DNA from: Naegleria gruberi
Lineage: Eukaryota
Length of the DNA stretch: 38,160 bases
NCBI GenBank assembly: GCA_000004985.1
Contig: GG739018.1
Strand: one strand, 5' to 3'
The position numbers and the translations under genes were made by a program. The notes beneath the pieces are model-generated. The model saw only the letters and a program-made list of their open reading frames with translations. It was not told the DNA's origin and ran no database searches. Below, piece by piece: positions 8,692 through 21,200 of the stretch (positions are counted from its first letter, which is position 1; every line of letters begins with the position of its first letter).

Positions 8692-9220
8692 ATGTCATCA
8701 AGACCAACATTTAATGCAGCGAAAGCAACCGAGACACAAGGTGGTTATAAACGTTATGTTCCATCACATACACAATCTGTATATTTAATGCCTTCCCACA
8801 CAGTCTTAAAAACAAGACAGATCGGGCAAGGAAATGAGGAAGAAATTAAACATAAAGATTTAAAGAAGGAATTACAAGAACGAGAACAATTAGTACAAAA
8901 AAAGAAGAATAATCAATCATCAACAATAATACCAGCAATAGAGGAAGAAAAAAATAAAGATATAATTGAAGAAATTGTAGAGGAAGAAACAGAGGAATTT
9001 ACAAAAGTTCCAAAATCAAACTATGATGATTCTGATGATGATTTAAATACATCTTCTGATTCCGACTCTGATGGTGACTCTGATAATGATGAACTAATTA
9101 AGGAATTGGAAAGAGTAAAAAGAGCAAAAGAGGAGAAGGAAAGACTTGCAACACAAGAACGAGCATTGACTAGTAATCCATTATTAAAACCAATAAGTAG
9201 TAGAAGGATGATGATGATGA
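8692..9220 (+). CDS. CWC15: Pre-mRNA-splicing factor Cwc15 (CWC15/AD002 family), N-terminal 176 codons; the 3' end is lost in the N block
   Basis: MSSRPTFNAAKATETQGGYKRYVPSHTQ... aligns with the conserved Cwc15 N-terminus (human TTAARPTFEPARGG...LPSHTKIK), as remembered. KELQEREQL matches RELEERER. The acidic/Ser cluster DDSDDDLNTSSDSDSDGDSDNDELIKELERVKRAKEEKERL corresponds to the D/E-rich region plus ALLAELEKIKKERAEE. TSNPLL matches LSGNPLL. Start context AAAAATGTC. Confidence 0.8.
9208..9220 (+). repeat. (ATG)4 trinucleotide microsatellite abutting the N block; encodes MMMM in the CWC15 frame
   Basis: atgatgatgatga directly followed by n. Confidence 0.7.
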
Positions 9221-12200
9221 NNNNNNNNNNNNNNNNNNNNNNNNNNNNNNNNNNNNNNNNNNNNNNNNNNNNNNNNNNNNNNNNNNNNNNNNNNNNNNNN
9301 NNNNNNNNNNNNNNNNNNNNNNNNNNNNNNNNNNNNNNNNNNNNNNNNNNNNNNNNNNNNNNNNNNNNNNNNNNNNNNNNNNNNNNNNNNNNNNNNNNNN
9401 NNNNNNNNNNNNNNNNNNNNNNNNNNNNNNNNNNNNNNNNNNNNNNNNNNNNNNNNNNNNNNNNNNNNNNNNNNNNNNNNNNNNNNNNNNNNNNNNNNNN
9501 NNNNNNNNNNNNNNNNNNNNNNNNNNNNNNNNNNNNNNNNNNNNNNNNNNNNNNNNNNNNNNNNNNNNNNNNNNNNNNNNNNNNNNNNNNNNNNNNNNNN
9601 NNNNNNNNNNNNNNNNNNNNNNNNNNNNNNNNNNNNNNNNNNNNNNNNNNNNNNNNNNNNNNNNNNNNNNNNNNNNNNNNNNNNNNNNNNNNNNNNNNNN
9701 NNNNNNNNNNNNNNNNNNNNNNNNNNNNNNNNNNNNNNNNNNNNNNNNNNNNNNNNNNNNNNNNNNNNNNNNNNNNNNNNNNNNNNNNNNNNNNNNNNNN
9801 NNNNNNNNNNNNNNNNNNNNNNNNNNNNNNNNNNNNNNNNNNNNNNNNNNNNNNNNNNNNNNNNNNNNNNNNNNNNNNNNNNNNNNNNNNNNNNNNNNNN
9901 NNNNNNNNNNNNNNNNNNNNNNNNNNNNNNNNNNNNNNNNNNNNNNNNNNNNNNNNNNNNNNNNNNNNNNNNNNNNNNNNNNNNNNNNNNNNNNNNNNNN
10001 NNNNNNNNNNNNNNNNNNNNNNNNNNNNNNNNNNNNNNNNNNNNNNNNNNNNNNNNNNNNNNNNNNNNNNNNNNNNNNNNNNNNNNNNNNNNNNNNNNNN
10101 NNNNNNNNNNNNNNNNNNNNNNNNNNNNNNNNNNNNNNNNNNNNNNNNNNNNNNNNNNNNNNNNNNNNNNNNNNNNNNNNNNNNNNNNNNNNNNNNNNNN
10201 NNNNNNNNNNNNNNNNNNNNNNNNNNNNNNNNNNNNNNNNNNNNNNNNNNNNNNNNNNNNNNNNNNNNNNNNNNNNNNNNNNNNNNNNNNNNNNNNNNNN
10301 NNNNNNNNNNNNNNNNNNNNNNNNNNNNNNNNNNNNNNNNNNNNNNNNNNNNNNNNNNNNNNNNNNNNNNNNNNNNNNNNNNNNNNNNNNNNNNNNNNNN
10401 NNNNNNNNNNNNNNNNNNNNNNNNNNNNNNNNNNNNNNNNNNNNNNNNNNNNNNNNNNNNNNNNNNNNNNNNNNNNNNNNNNNNNNNNNNNNNNNNNNNN
10501 NNNNNNNNNNNNNNNNNNNNNNNNNNNNNNNNNNNNNNNNNNNNNNNNNNNNNNNNNNNNNNNNNNNNNNNNNNNNNNNNNNNNNNNNNNNNNNNNNNNN
10601 NNNNNNNNNNNNNNNNNNNNNNNNNNNNNNNNNNNNNNNNNNNNNNNNNNNNNNNNNNNNNNNNNNNNNNNNNNNNNNNNNNNNNNNNNNNNNNNNNNNN
10701 NNNNNNNNNNNNNNNNNNNNNNNNNNNNNNNNNNNNNNNNNNNNNNNNNNNNNNNNNNNNNNNNNNNNNNNNNNNNNNNNNNNNNNNNNNNNNNNNNNNN
10801 NNNNNNNNNNNNNNNNNNNNNNNNNNNNNNNNNNNNNNNNNNNNNNNNNNNNNNNNNNNNNNNNNNNNNNNNNNNNNNNNNNNNNNNNNNNNNNNNNNNN
10901 NNNNNNNNNNNNNNNNNNNNNNNNNNNNNNNNNNNNNNNNNNNNNNNNNNNNNNNNNNNNNNNNNNNNNNNNNNNNNNNNNNNNNNNNNNNNNNNNNNNN
11001 NNNNNNNNNNNNNNNNNNNNNNNNNNNNNNNNNNNNNNNNNNNNNNNNNNNNNNNNNNNNNNNNNNNNNNNNNNNNNNNNNNNNNNNNNNNNNNNNNNNN
11101 NNNNNNNNNNNNNNNNNNNNNNNNNNNNNNNNNNNNNNNNNNNNNNNNNNNNNNNNNNNNNNNNNNNNNNNNNNNNNNNNNNNNNNNNNNNNNNNNNNNN
11201 NNNNNNNNNNNNNNNNNNNNNNNNNNNNNNNNNNNNNNNNNNNNNNNNNNNNNNNNNNNNNNNNNNNNNNNNNNNNNNNNNNNNNNNNNNNNNNNNNNNN
11301 NNNNNNNNNNNNNNNNNNNNNNNNNNNNNNNNNNNNNNNNNNNNNNNNNNNNNNNNNNNNNNNNNNNNNNNNNNNNNNNNNNNNNNNNNNNNNNNNNNNN
11401 NNNNNNNNNNNNNNNNNNNNNNNNNNNNNNNNNNNNNNNNNNNNNNNNNNNNNNNNNNNNNNNNNNNNNNNNNNNNNNNNNNNNNNNNNNNNNNNNNNNN
11501 NNNNNNNNNNNNNNNNNNNNNNNNNNNNNNNNNNNNNNNNNNNNNNNNNNNNNNNNNNNNNNNNNNNNNNNNNNNNNNNNNNNNNNNNNNNNNNNNNNNN
11601 NNNNNNNNNNNNNNNNNNNNNNNNNNNNNNNNNNNNNNNNNNNNNNNNNNNNNNNNNNNNNNNNNNNNNNNNNNNNNNNNNNNNNNNNNNNNNNNNNNNN
11701 NNNNNNNNNNNNNNNNNNNNNNNNNNNNNNNNNNNNNNNNNNNNNNNNNNNNNNNNNNNNNNNNNNNNNNNNNNNNNNNNNNNNNNNNNNNNNNNNNNNN
11801 NNNNNNNNNNNNNNNNNNNNNNNNNNNNNNNNNNNNNNNNNNNNNNNNNNNNNNNNNNNNNNNNNNNNNNNNNNNNNNNNNNNNNNNNNNNNNNNNNNNN
11901 NNNNNNNNNNNNNNNNNNNNNNNNNNNNNNNNNNNNNNNNNNNNNNNNNNNNNNNNNNNNNNNNNNNNNNNNNNNNNNNNNNNNNNNNNNNNNNNNNNNN
12001 NNNNNNNNNNNNNNNNNNNNNNNNNNNNNNNNNNNNNNNNNNNNNNNNNNNNNNNNNNNNNNNNNNNNNNNNNNNNNNNNNNNNNNNNNNNNNNNNNNNN
12101 NNNNNNNNNNNNNNNNNNNNNNNNNNNNNNNNNNNNNNNNNNNNNNNNNNNNNNNNNNNNNNNNNNNNNNNNNNNNNNNNNNNNNNNNNNNNNNNNNNNN

Positions 12201-15200
12201 NNNNNNNNNNNNNNNNNNNNNNNNNNNNNNNNNNNNNNNNNNNNNNNNNNNNNNNNNNNNNNNNNNNNNNNNNNNNNNNNNNNNNNNNNNNNNNNNNNNN
12301 NNNNNNNNNNNNNNNNNNNNNNNNNNNNNNNNNNNNNNNNNNNNNNNNNNNNNNNNNNNNNNNNNNNNNNNNNNNNNNNNNNNNNNNNNNNNNNNNNNNN
12401 NNNNNNNNNNNNNNNNNNNNNNNNNNNNNNNNNNNNNNNNNNNNNNNNNNNNNNNNNNNNNNNNNNNNNNNNNNNNNNNNNNNNNNNNNNNNNNNNNNNN
12501 NNNNNNNNNNNNNNNNNNNNNNNNNNNNNNNNNNNNNNNNNNNNNNNNNNNNNNNNNNNNNNNNNNNNNNNNNNNNNNNNNNNNNNNNNNNNNNNNNNNN
12601 NNNNNNNNNNNNNNNNNNNNNNNNNNNNNNNNNNNNNNNNNNNNNNNNNNNNNNNNNNNNNNNNNNNNNNNNNNNNNNNNNNNNNNNNNNNNNNNNNNNN
12701 NNNNNNNNNNNNNNNNNNNNNNNNNNNNNNNNNNNNNNNNNNNNNNNNNNNNNNNNNNNNNNNNNNNNNNNNNNNNNNNNNNNNNNNNNNNNNNNNNNNN
12801 NNNNNNNNNNNNNNNNNNNNNNNNNNNNNNNNNNNNNNNNNNNNNNNNNNNNNNNNNNNNNNNNNNNNNNNNNNNNNNNNNNNNNNNNNNNNNNNNNNNN
12901 NNNNNNNNNNNNNNNNNNNNNNNNNNNNNNNNNNNNNNNNNNNNNNNNNNNNNNNNNNNNNNNNNNNNNNNNNNNNNNNNNNNNNNNNNNNNNNNNNNNN
13001 NNNNNNNNNNNNNNNNNNNNNNNNNNNNNNNNNNNNNNNNNNNNNNNNNNNNNNNNNNNNNNNNNNNNNNNNNNNNNNNNNNNNNNNNNNNNNNNNNNNN
13101 NNNNNNNNNNNNNNNNNNNNNNNNNNNNNNNNNNNNNNNNNNNNNNNNNNNNNNNNNNNNNNNNNNNNNNNNNNNNNNNNNNNNNNNNNNNNNNNNNNNN
13201 NNNNNNNNNNNNNNNNNNNNNNNNNNNNNNNNNNNNNNNNNNNNNNNNNNNNNNNNNNNNNNNNNNNNNNNNNNNNNNNNNNNNNNNNNNNNNNNNNNNN
13301 NNNNNNNNNNNNNNNNNNNNNNNNNNNNNNNNNNNNNNNNNNNNNNNNNNNNNNNNNNNNNNNNNNNNNNNNNNNNNNNNNNNNNNNNNNNNNNNNNNNN
13401 NNNNNNNNNNNNNNNNNNNNNNNNNNNNNNNNNNNNNNNNNNNNNNNNNNNNNNNNNNNNNNNNNNNNNNNNNNNNNNNNNNNNNNNNNNNNNNNNNNNN
13501 NNNNNNNNNNNNNNNNNNNNNNNNNNNNNNNNNNNNNNNNNNNNNNNNNNNNNNNNNNNNNNNNNNNNNNNNNNNNNNNNNNNNNNNNNNNNNNNNNNNN
13601 NNNNNNNNNNNNNNNNNNNNNNNNNNNNNNNNNNNNNNNNNNNNNNNNNNNNNNNNNNNNNNNNNNNNNNNNNNNNNNNNNNNNNNNNNNNNNNNNNNNN
13701 NNNNNNNNNNNNNNNNNNNNNNNNNNNNNNNNNNNNNNNNNNNNNNNNNNNNNNNNNNNNNNNNNNNNNNNNNNNNNNNNNNNNNNNNNNNNNNNNNNNN
13801 NNNNNNNNNNNNNNNNNNNNNNNNNNNNNNNNNNNNNNNNNNNNNNNNNNNNNNNNNNNNNNNNNNNNNNNNNNNNNNNNNNNNNNNNNNNNNNNNNNNN
13901 NNNNNNNNNNNNNNNNNNNNNNNNNNNNNNNNNNNNNNNNNNNNNNNNNNNNNNNNNNNNNNNNNNNNNNNNNNNNNNNNNNNNNNNNNNNNNNNNNNNN
14001 NNNNNNNNNNNNNNNNNNNNNNNNNNNNNNNNNNNNNNNNNNNNNNNNNNNNNNNNNNNNNNNNNNNNNNNNNNNNNNNNNNNNNNNNNNNNNNNNNNNN
14101 NNNNNNNNNNNNNNNNNNNNNNNNNNNNNNNNNNNNNNNNNNNNNNNNNNNNNNNNNNNNNNNNNNNNNNNNNNNNNNNNNNNNNNNNNNNNNNNNNNNN
14201 NNNNNNNNNNNNNNNNNNNNNNNNNNNNNNNNNNNNNNNNNNNNNNNNNNNNNNNNNNNNNNNNNNNNNNNNNNNNNNNNNNNNNNNNNNNNNNNNNNNN
14301 NNNNNNNNNNNNNNNNNNNNNNNNNNNNNNNNNNNNNNNNNNNNNNNNNNNNNNNNNNNNNNNNNNNNNNNNNNNNNNNNNNNNNNNNNNNNNNNNNNNN
14401 NNNNNNNNNNNNNNNNNNNNNNNNNNNNNNNNNNNNNNNNNNNNNNNNNNNNNNNNNNNNNNNNNNNNNNNNNNNNNNNNNNNNNNNNNNNNNNNNNNNN
14501 NNNNNNNNNNNNNNNNNNNNNNNNNNNNNNNNNNNNNNNNNNNNNNNNNNNNNNNNNNNNNNNNNNNNNNNNNNNNNNNNNNNNNNNNNNNNNNNNNNNN
14601 NNNNNNNNNNNNNNNNNNNNNNNNNNNNNNNNNNNNNNNNNNNNNNNNNNNNNNNNNNNNNNNNNNNNNNNNNNNNNNNNNNNNNNNNNNNNNNNNNNNN
14701 NNNNNNNNNNNNNNNNNNNNNNNNNNNNNNNNNNNNNNNNNNNNNNNNNNNNNNNNNNNNNNNNNNNNNNNNNNNNNNNNNNNNNNNNNNNNNNNNNNNN
14801 NNNNNNNNNNNNNNNNNNNNNNNNNNNNNNNNNNNNNNNNNNNNNNNNNNNNNNNNNNNNNNNNNNNNNNNNNNNNNNNNNNNNNNNNNNNNNNNNNNNN
14901 NNNNNNNNNNNNNNNNNNNNNNNNNNNNNNNNNNNNNNNNNNNNNNNNNNNNNNNNNNNNNNNNNNNNNNNNNNNNNNNNNNNNNNNNNNNNNNNNNNNN
15001 NNNNNNNNNNNNNNNNNNNNNNNNNNNNNNNNNNNNNNNNNNNNNNNNNNNNNNNNNNNNNNNNNNNNNNNNNNNNNNNNNNNNNNNNNNNNNNNNNNNN
15101 NNNNNNNNNNNNNNNNNNNNNNNNNNNNNNNNNNNNNNNNNNNNNNNNNNNNNNNNNNNNNNNNNNNNNNNNNNNNNNNNNNNNNNNNNNNNNNNNNNNN

Positions 15201-18200
15201 NNNNNNNNNNNNNNNNNNNNNNNNNNNNNNNNNNNNNNNNNNNNNNNNNNNNNNNNNNNNNNNNNNNNNNNNNNNNNNNNNNNNNNNNNNNNNNNNNNNN
15301 NNNNNNNNNNNNNNNNNNNNNNNNNNNNNNNNNNNNNNNNNNNNNNNNNNNNNNNNNNNNNNNNNNNNNNNNNNNNNNNNNNNNNNNNNNNNNNNNNNNN
15401 NNNNNNNNNNNNNNNNNNNNNNNNNNNNNNNNNNNNNNNNNNNNNNNNNNNNNNNNNNNNNNNNNNNNNNNNNNNNNNNNNNNNNNNNNNNNNNNNNNNN
15501 NNNNNNNNNNNNNNNNNNNNNNNNNNNNNNNNNNNNNNNNNNNNNNNNNNNNNNNNNNNNNNNNNNNNNNNNNNNNNNNNNNNNNNNNNNNNNNNNNNNN
15601 NNNNNNNNNNNNNNNNNNNNNNNNNNNNNNNNNNNNNNNNNNNNNNNNNNNNNNNNNNNNNNNNNNNNNNNNNNNNNNNNNNNNNNNNNNNNNNNNNNNN
15701 NNNNNNNNNNNNNNNNNNNNNNNNNNNNNNNNNNNNNNNNNNNNNNNNNNNNNNNNNNNNNNNNNNNNNNNNNNNNNNNNNNNNNNNNNNNNNNNNNNNN
15801 NNNNNNNNNNNNNNNNNNNNNNNNNNNNNNNNNNNNNNNNNNNNNNNNNNNNNNNNNNNNNNNNNNNNNNNNNNNNNNNNNNNNNNNNNNNNNNNNNNNN
15901 NNNNNNNNNNNNNNNNNNNNNNNNNNNNNNNNNNNNNNNNNNNNNNNNNNNNNNNNNNNNNNNNNNNNNNNNNNNNNNNNNNNNNNNNNNNNNNNNNNNN
16001 NNNNNNNNNNNNNNNNNNNNNNNNNNNNNNNNNNNNNNNNNNNNNNNNNNNNNNNNNNNNNNNNNNNNNNNNNNNNNNNNNNNNNNNNNNNNNNNNNNNN
16101 NNNNNNNNNNNNNNNNNNNNNNNNNNNNNNNNNNNNNNNNNNNNNNNNNNNNNNNNNNNNNNNNNNNNNNNNNNNNNNNNNNNNNNNNNNNNNNNNNNNN
16201 NNNNNNNNNNNNNNNNNNNNNNNNNNNNNNNNNNNNNNNNNNNNNNNNNNNNNNNNNNNNNNNNNNNNNNNNNNNNNNNNNNNNNNNNNNNNNNNNNNNN
16301 NNNNNNNNNNNNNNNNNNNNNNNNNNNNNNNNNNNNNNNNNNNNNNNNNNNNNNNNNNNNNNNNNNNNNNNNNNNNNNNNNNNNNNNNNNNNNNNNNNNN
16401 NNNNNNNNNNNNNNNNNNNNNNNNNNNNNNNNNNNNNNNNNNNNNNNNNNNNNNNNNNNNNNNNNNNNNNNNNNNNNNNNNNNNNNNNNNNNNNNNNNNN
16501 NNNNNNNNNNNNNNNNNNNNNNNNNNNNNNNNNNNNNNNNNNNNNNNNNNNNNNNNNNNNNNNNNNNNNNNNNNNNNNNNNNNNNNNNNNNNNNNNNNNN
16601 NNNNNNNNNNNNNNNNNNNNNNNNNNNNNNNNNNNNNNNNNNNNNNNNNNNNNNNNNNNNNNNNNNNNNNNNNNNNNNNNNNNNNNNNNNNNNNNNNNNN
16701 NNNNNNNNNNNNNNNNNNNNNNNNNNNNNNNNNNNNNNNNNNNNNNNNNNNNNNNNNNNNNNNNNNNNNNNNNNNNNNNNNNNNNNNNNNNNNNNNNNNN
16801 NNNNNNNNNNNNNNNNNNNNNNNNNNNNNNNNNNNNNNNNNNNNNNNNNNNNNNNNNNNNNNNNNNNNNNNNNNNNNNNNNNNNNNNNNNNNNNNNNNNN
16901 NNNNNNNNNNNNNNNNNNNNNNNNNNNNNNNNNNNNNNNNNNNNNNNNNNNNNNNNNNNNNNNNNNNNNNNNNNNNNNNNNNNNNNNNNNNNNNNNNNNN
17001 NNNNNNNNNNNNNNNNNNNNNNNNNNNNNNNNNNNNNNNNNNNNNNNNNNNNNNNNNNNNNNNNNNNNNNNNNNNNNNNNNNNNNNNNNNNNNNNNNNNN
17101 NNNNNNNNNNNNNNNNNNNNNNNNNNNNNNNNNNNNNNNNNNNNNNNNNNNNNNNNNNNNNNNNNNNNNNNNNNNNNNNNNNNNNNNNNNNNNNNNNNNN
17201 NNNNNNNNNNNNNNNNNNNNNNNNNNNNNNNNNNNNNNNNNNNNNNNNNNNNNNNNNNNNNNNNNNNNNNNNNNNNNNNNNNNNNNNNNNNNNNNNNNNN
17301 NNNNNNNNNNNNNNNNNNNNNNNNNNNNNNNNNNNNNNNNNNNNNNNNNNNNNNNNNNNNNNNNNNNNNNNNNNNNNNNNNNNNNNNNNNNNNNNNNNNN
17401 NNNNNNNNNNNNNNNNNNNNNNNNNNNNNNNNNNNNNNNNNNNNNNNNNNNNNNNNNNNNNNNNNNNNNNNNNNNNNNNNNNNNNNNNNNNNNNNNNNNN
17501 NNNNNNNNNNNNNNNNNNNNNNNNNNNNNNNNNNNNNNNNNNNNNNNNNNNNNNNNNNNNNNNNNNNNNNNNNNNNNNNNNNNNNNNNNNNNNNNNNNNN
17601 NNNNNNNNNNNNNNNNNNNNNNNNNNNNNNNNNNNNNNNNNNNNNNNNNNNNNNNNNNNNNNNNNNNNNNNNNNNNNNNNNNNNNNNNNNNNNNNNNNNN
17701 NNNNNNNNNNNNNNNNNNNNNNNNNNNNNNNNNNNNNNNNNNNNNNNNNNNNNNNNNNNNNNNNNNNNNNNNNNNNNNNNNNNNNNNNNNNNNNNNNNNN
17801 NNNNNNNNNNNNNNNNNNNNNNNNNNNNNNNNNNNNNNNNNNNNNNNNNNNNNNNNNNNNNNNNNNNNNNNNNNNNNNNNNNNNNNNNNNNNNNNNNNNN
17901 NNNNNNNNNNNNNNNNNNNNNNNNNNNNNNNNNNNNNNNNNNNNNNNNNNNNNNNNNNNNNNNNNNNNNNNNNNNNNNNNNNNNNNNNNNNNNNNNNNNN
18001 NNNNNNNNNNNNNNNNNNNNNNNNNNNNNNNNNNNNNNNNNNNNNNNNNNNNNNNNNNNNNNNNNNNNNNNNNNNNNNNNNNNNNNNNNNNNNNNNNNNN
18101 NNNNNNNNNNNNNNNNNNNNNNNNNNNNNNNNNNNNNNNNNNNNNNNNNNNNNNNNNNNNNNNNNNNNNNNNNNNNNNNNNNNNNNNNNNNNNNNNNNNN

Positions 18201-21200
18201 NNNNNNNNNNNNNNNNNNNNNNNNNNNNNNNNNNNNNNNNNNNNNNNNNNNNNNNNNNNNNNNNNNNNNNNNNNNNNNNNNNNNNNNNNNNNNNNNNNNN
18301 NNNNNNNNNNNNNNNNNNNNNNNNNNNNNNNNNNNNNNNNNNNNNNNNNNNNNNNNNNNNNNNNNNNNNNNNNNNNNNNNNNNNNNNNNNNNNNNNNNNN
18401 NNNNNNNNNNNNNNNNNNNNNNNNNNNNNNNNNNNNNNNNNNNNNNNNNNNNNNNNNNNNNNNNNNNNNNNNNNNNNNNNNNNNNNNNNNNNNNNNNNNN
18501 NNNNNNNNNNNNNNNNNNNNNNNNNNNNNNNNNNNNNNNNNNNNNNNNNNNNNNNNNNNNNNNNNNNNNNNNNNNNNNNNNNNNNNNNNNNNNNNNNNNN
18601 NNNNNNNNNNNNNNNNNNNNNNNNNNNNNNNNNNNNNNNNNNNNNNNNNNNNNNNNNNNNNNNNNNNNNNNNNNNNNNNNNNNNNNNNNNNNNNNNNNNN
18701 NNNNNNNNNNNNNNNNNNNNNNNNNNNNNNNNNNNNNNNNNNNNNNNNNNNNNNNNNNNNNNNNNNNNNNNNNNNNNNNNNNNNNNNNNNNNNNNNNNNN
18801 NNNNNNNNNNNNNNNNNNNNNNNNNNNNNNNNNNNNNNNNNNNNNNNNNNNNNNNNNNNNNNNNNNNNNNNNNNNNNNNNNNNNNNNNNNNNNNNNNNNN
18901 NNNNNNNNNNNNNNNNNNNNNNNNNNNNNNNNNNNNNNNNNNNNNNNNNNNNNNNNNNNNNNNNNNNNNNNNNNNNNNNNNNNNNNNNNNNNNNNNNNNN
19001 NNNNNNNNNNNNNNNNNNNNNNNNNNNNNNNNNNNNNNNNNNNNNNNNNNNNNNNNNNNNNNNNNNNNNNNNNNNNNNNNNNNNNNNNNNNNNNNNNNNN
19101 NNNNNNNNNNNNNNNNNNNNNNNNNNNNNNNNNNNNNNNNNNNNNNNNNNNNNNNNNNNNNNNNNNNNNNNNNNNNNNNNNNNNNNNNNNNNNNNNNNNN
19201 NNNNNNNNNNNNNNNNNNNNNNNNNNNNNNNNNNNNNNNNNNNNNNNNNNNNNNNNNNNNNNNNNNNNNNNNNNNNNNNNNNNNNNNNNNNNNNNNNNNN
19301 NNNNNNNNNNNNNNNNNNNNNNNNNNNNNNNNNNNNNNNNNNNNNNNNNNNNNNNNNNNNNNNNNNNNNNNNNNNNNNNNNNNNNNNNNNNNNNNNNNNN
19401 NNNNNNNNNNNNNNNNNNNNNNNNNNNNNNNNNNNNNNNNNNNNNNNNNNNNNNNNNNNNNNNNNNNNNNNNNNNNNNNNNNNNNNNNNNNNNNNNNNNN
19501 NNNNNNNNNNNNNNNNNNNNNNNNNNNNNNNNNNNNNNNNNNNNNNNNNNNNNNNNNNNNNNNNNNNNNNNNNNNNNNNNNNNNNNNNNNNNNNNNNNNN
19601 NNNNNNNNNNNNNNNNNNNNNNNNNNNNNNNNNNNNNNNNNNNNNNNNNNNNNNNNNNNNNNNNNNNNNNNNNNNNNNNNNNNNNNNNNNNNNNNNNNNN
19701 NNNNNNNNNNNNNNNNNNNNNNNNNNNNNNNNNNNNNNNNNNNNNNNNNNNNNNNNNNNNNNNNNNNNNNNNNNNNNNNNNNNNNNNNNNNNNNNNNNNN
19801 NNNNNNNNNNNNNNNNNNNNNNNNNNNNNNNNNNNNNNNNNNNNNNNNNNNNNNNNNNNNNNNNNNNNNNNNNNNNNNNNNNNNNNNNNNNNNNNNNNNN
19901 NNNNNNNNNNNNNNNNNNNNNNNNNNNNNNNNNNNNNNNNNNNNNNNNNNNNNNNNNNNNNNNNNNNNNNNNNNNNNNNNNNNNNNNNNNNNNNNNNNNN
20001 NNNNNNNNNNNNNNNNNNNNNNNNNNNNNNNNNNNNNNNNNNNNNNNNNNNNNNNNNNNNNNNNNNNNNNNNNNNNNNNNNNNNNNNNNNNNNNNNNNNN
20101 NNNNNNNNNNNNNNNNNNNNNNNNNNNNNNNNNNNNNNNNNNNNNNNNNNNNNNNNNNNNNNNNNNNNNNNNNNNNNNNNNNNNNNNNNNNNNNNNNNNN
20201 NNNNNNNNNNNNNNNNNNNNNNNNNNNNNNNNNNNNNNNNNNNNNNNNNNNNNNNNNNNNNNNNNNNNNNNNNNNNNNNNNNNNNNNNNNNNNNNNNNNN
20301 NNNNNNNNNNNNNNNNNNNNNNNNNNNNNNNNNNNNNNNNNNNNNNNNNNNNNNNNNNNNNNNNNNNNNNNNNNNNNNNNNNNNNNNNNNNNNNNNNNNN
20401 NNNNNNNNNNNNNNNNNNNNNNNNNNNNNNNNNNNNNNNNNNNNNNNNNNNNNNNNNNNNNNNNNNNNNNNNNNNNNNNNNNNNNNNNNNNNNNNNNNNN
20501 NNNNNNNNNNNNNNNNNNNNNNNNNNNNNNNNNNNNNNNNNNNNNNNNNNNNNNNNNNNNNNNNNNNNNNNNNNNNNNNNNNNNNNNNNNNNNNNNNNNN
20601 NNNNNNNNNNNNNNNNNNNNNNNNNNNNNNNNNNNNNNNNNNNNNNNNNNNNNNNNNNNNNNNNNNNNNNNNNNNNNNNNNNNNNNNNNNNNNNNNNNNN
20701 NNNNNNNNNNNNNNNNNNNNNNNNNNNNNNNNNNNNNNNNNNNNNNNNNNNNNNNNNNNNNNNNNNNNNNNNNNNNNNNNNNNNNNNNNNNNNNNNNNNN
20801 NNNNNNNNNNNNNNNNNNNNNNNNNNNNNNNNNNNNNNNNNNNNNNNNNNNNNNNNNNNNNNNNNNNNNNNNNNNNNNNNNNNNNNNNNNNNNNNNNNNN
20901 NNNNNNNNNNNNNNNNNNNNNNNNNNNNNNNNNNNNNNNNNNNNNNNNNNNNNNNNNNNNNNNNNNNNNNNNNNNNNNNNNNNNNNNNNNNNNNNNNNNN
21001 NNNNNNNNNNNNNNNNNNNNNNNNNNNNNNNNNNNNNNNNNNNNNNNNNNNNNNNNNNNNNNNNNNNNNNNNNNNNNNNNNNNNNNNNNNNNNNNNNNNN
21101 NNNNNNNNNNNNNNNNNNNNNNNNNNNNNNNNNNNNNNNNNNNNNNNNNNNNNNNNNNNNNNNNNNNNNNNNNNNNNNNNNNNNNNNNNNNNNNNNNNNN

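Noticed and set aside
8499-8714. 71-aa plus-strand ORF overlapping the CWC15 start (and minus ORF 8477..8677); also a box C-like TGATGA at 8594-8599
   Set aside because: They are AT-rich, overlap each other and the well-supported CWC15 ATG, and have no homology signal. No D box (CTGA) or terminal stem was found to support a snoRNA.
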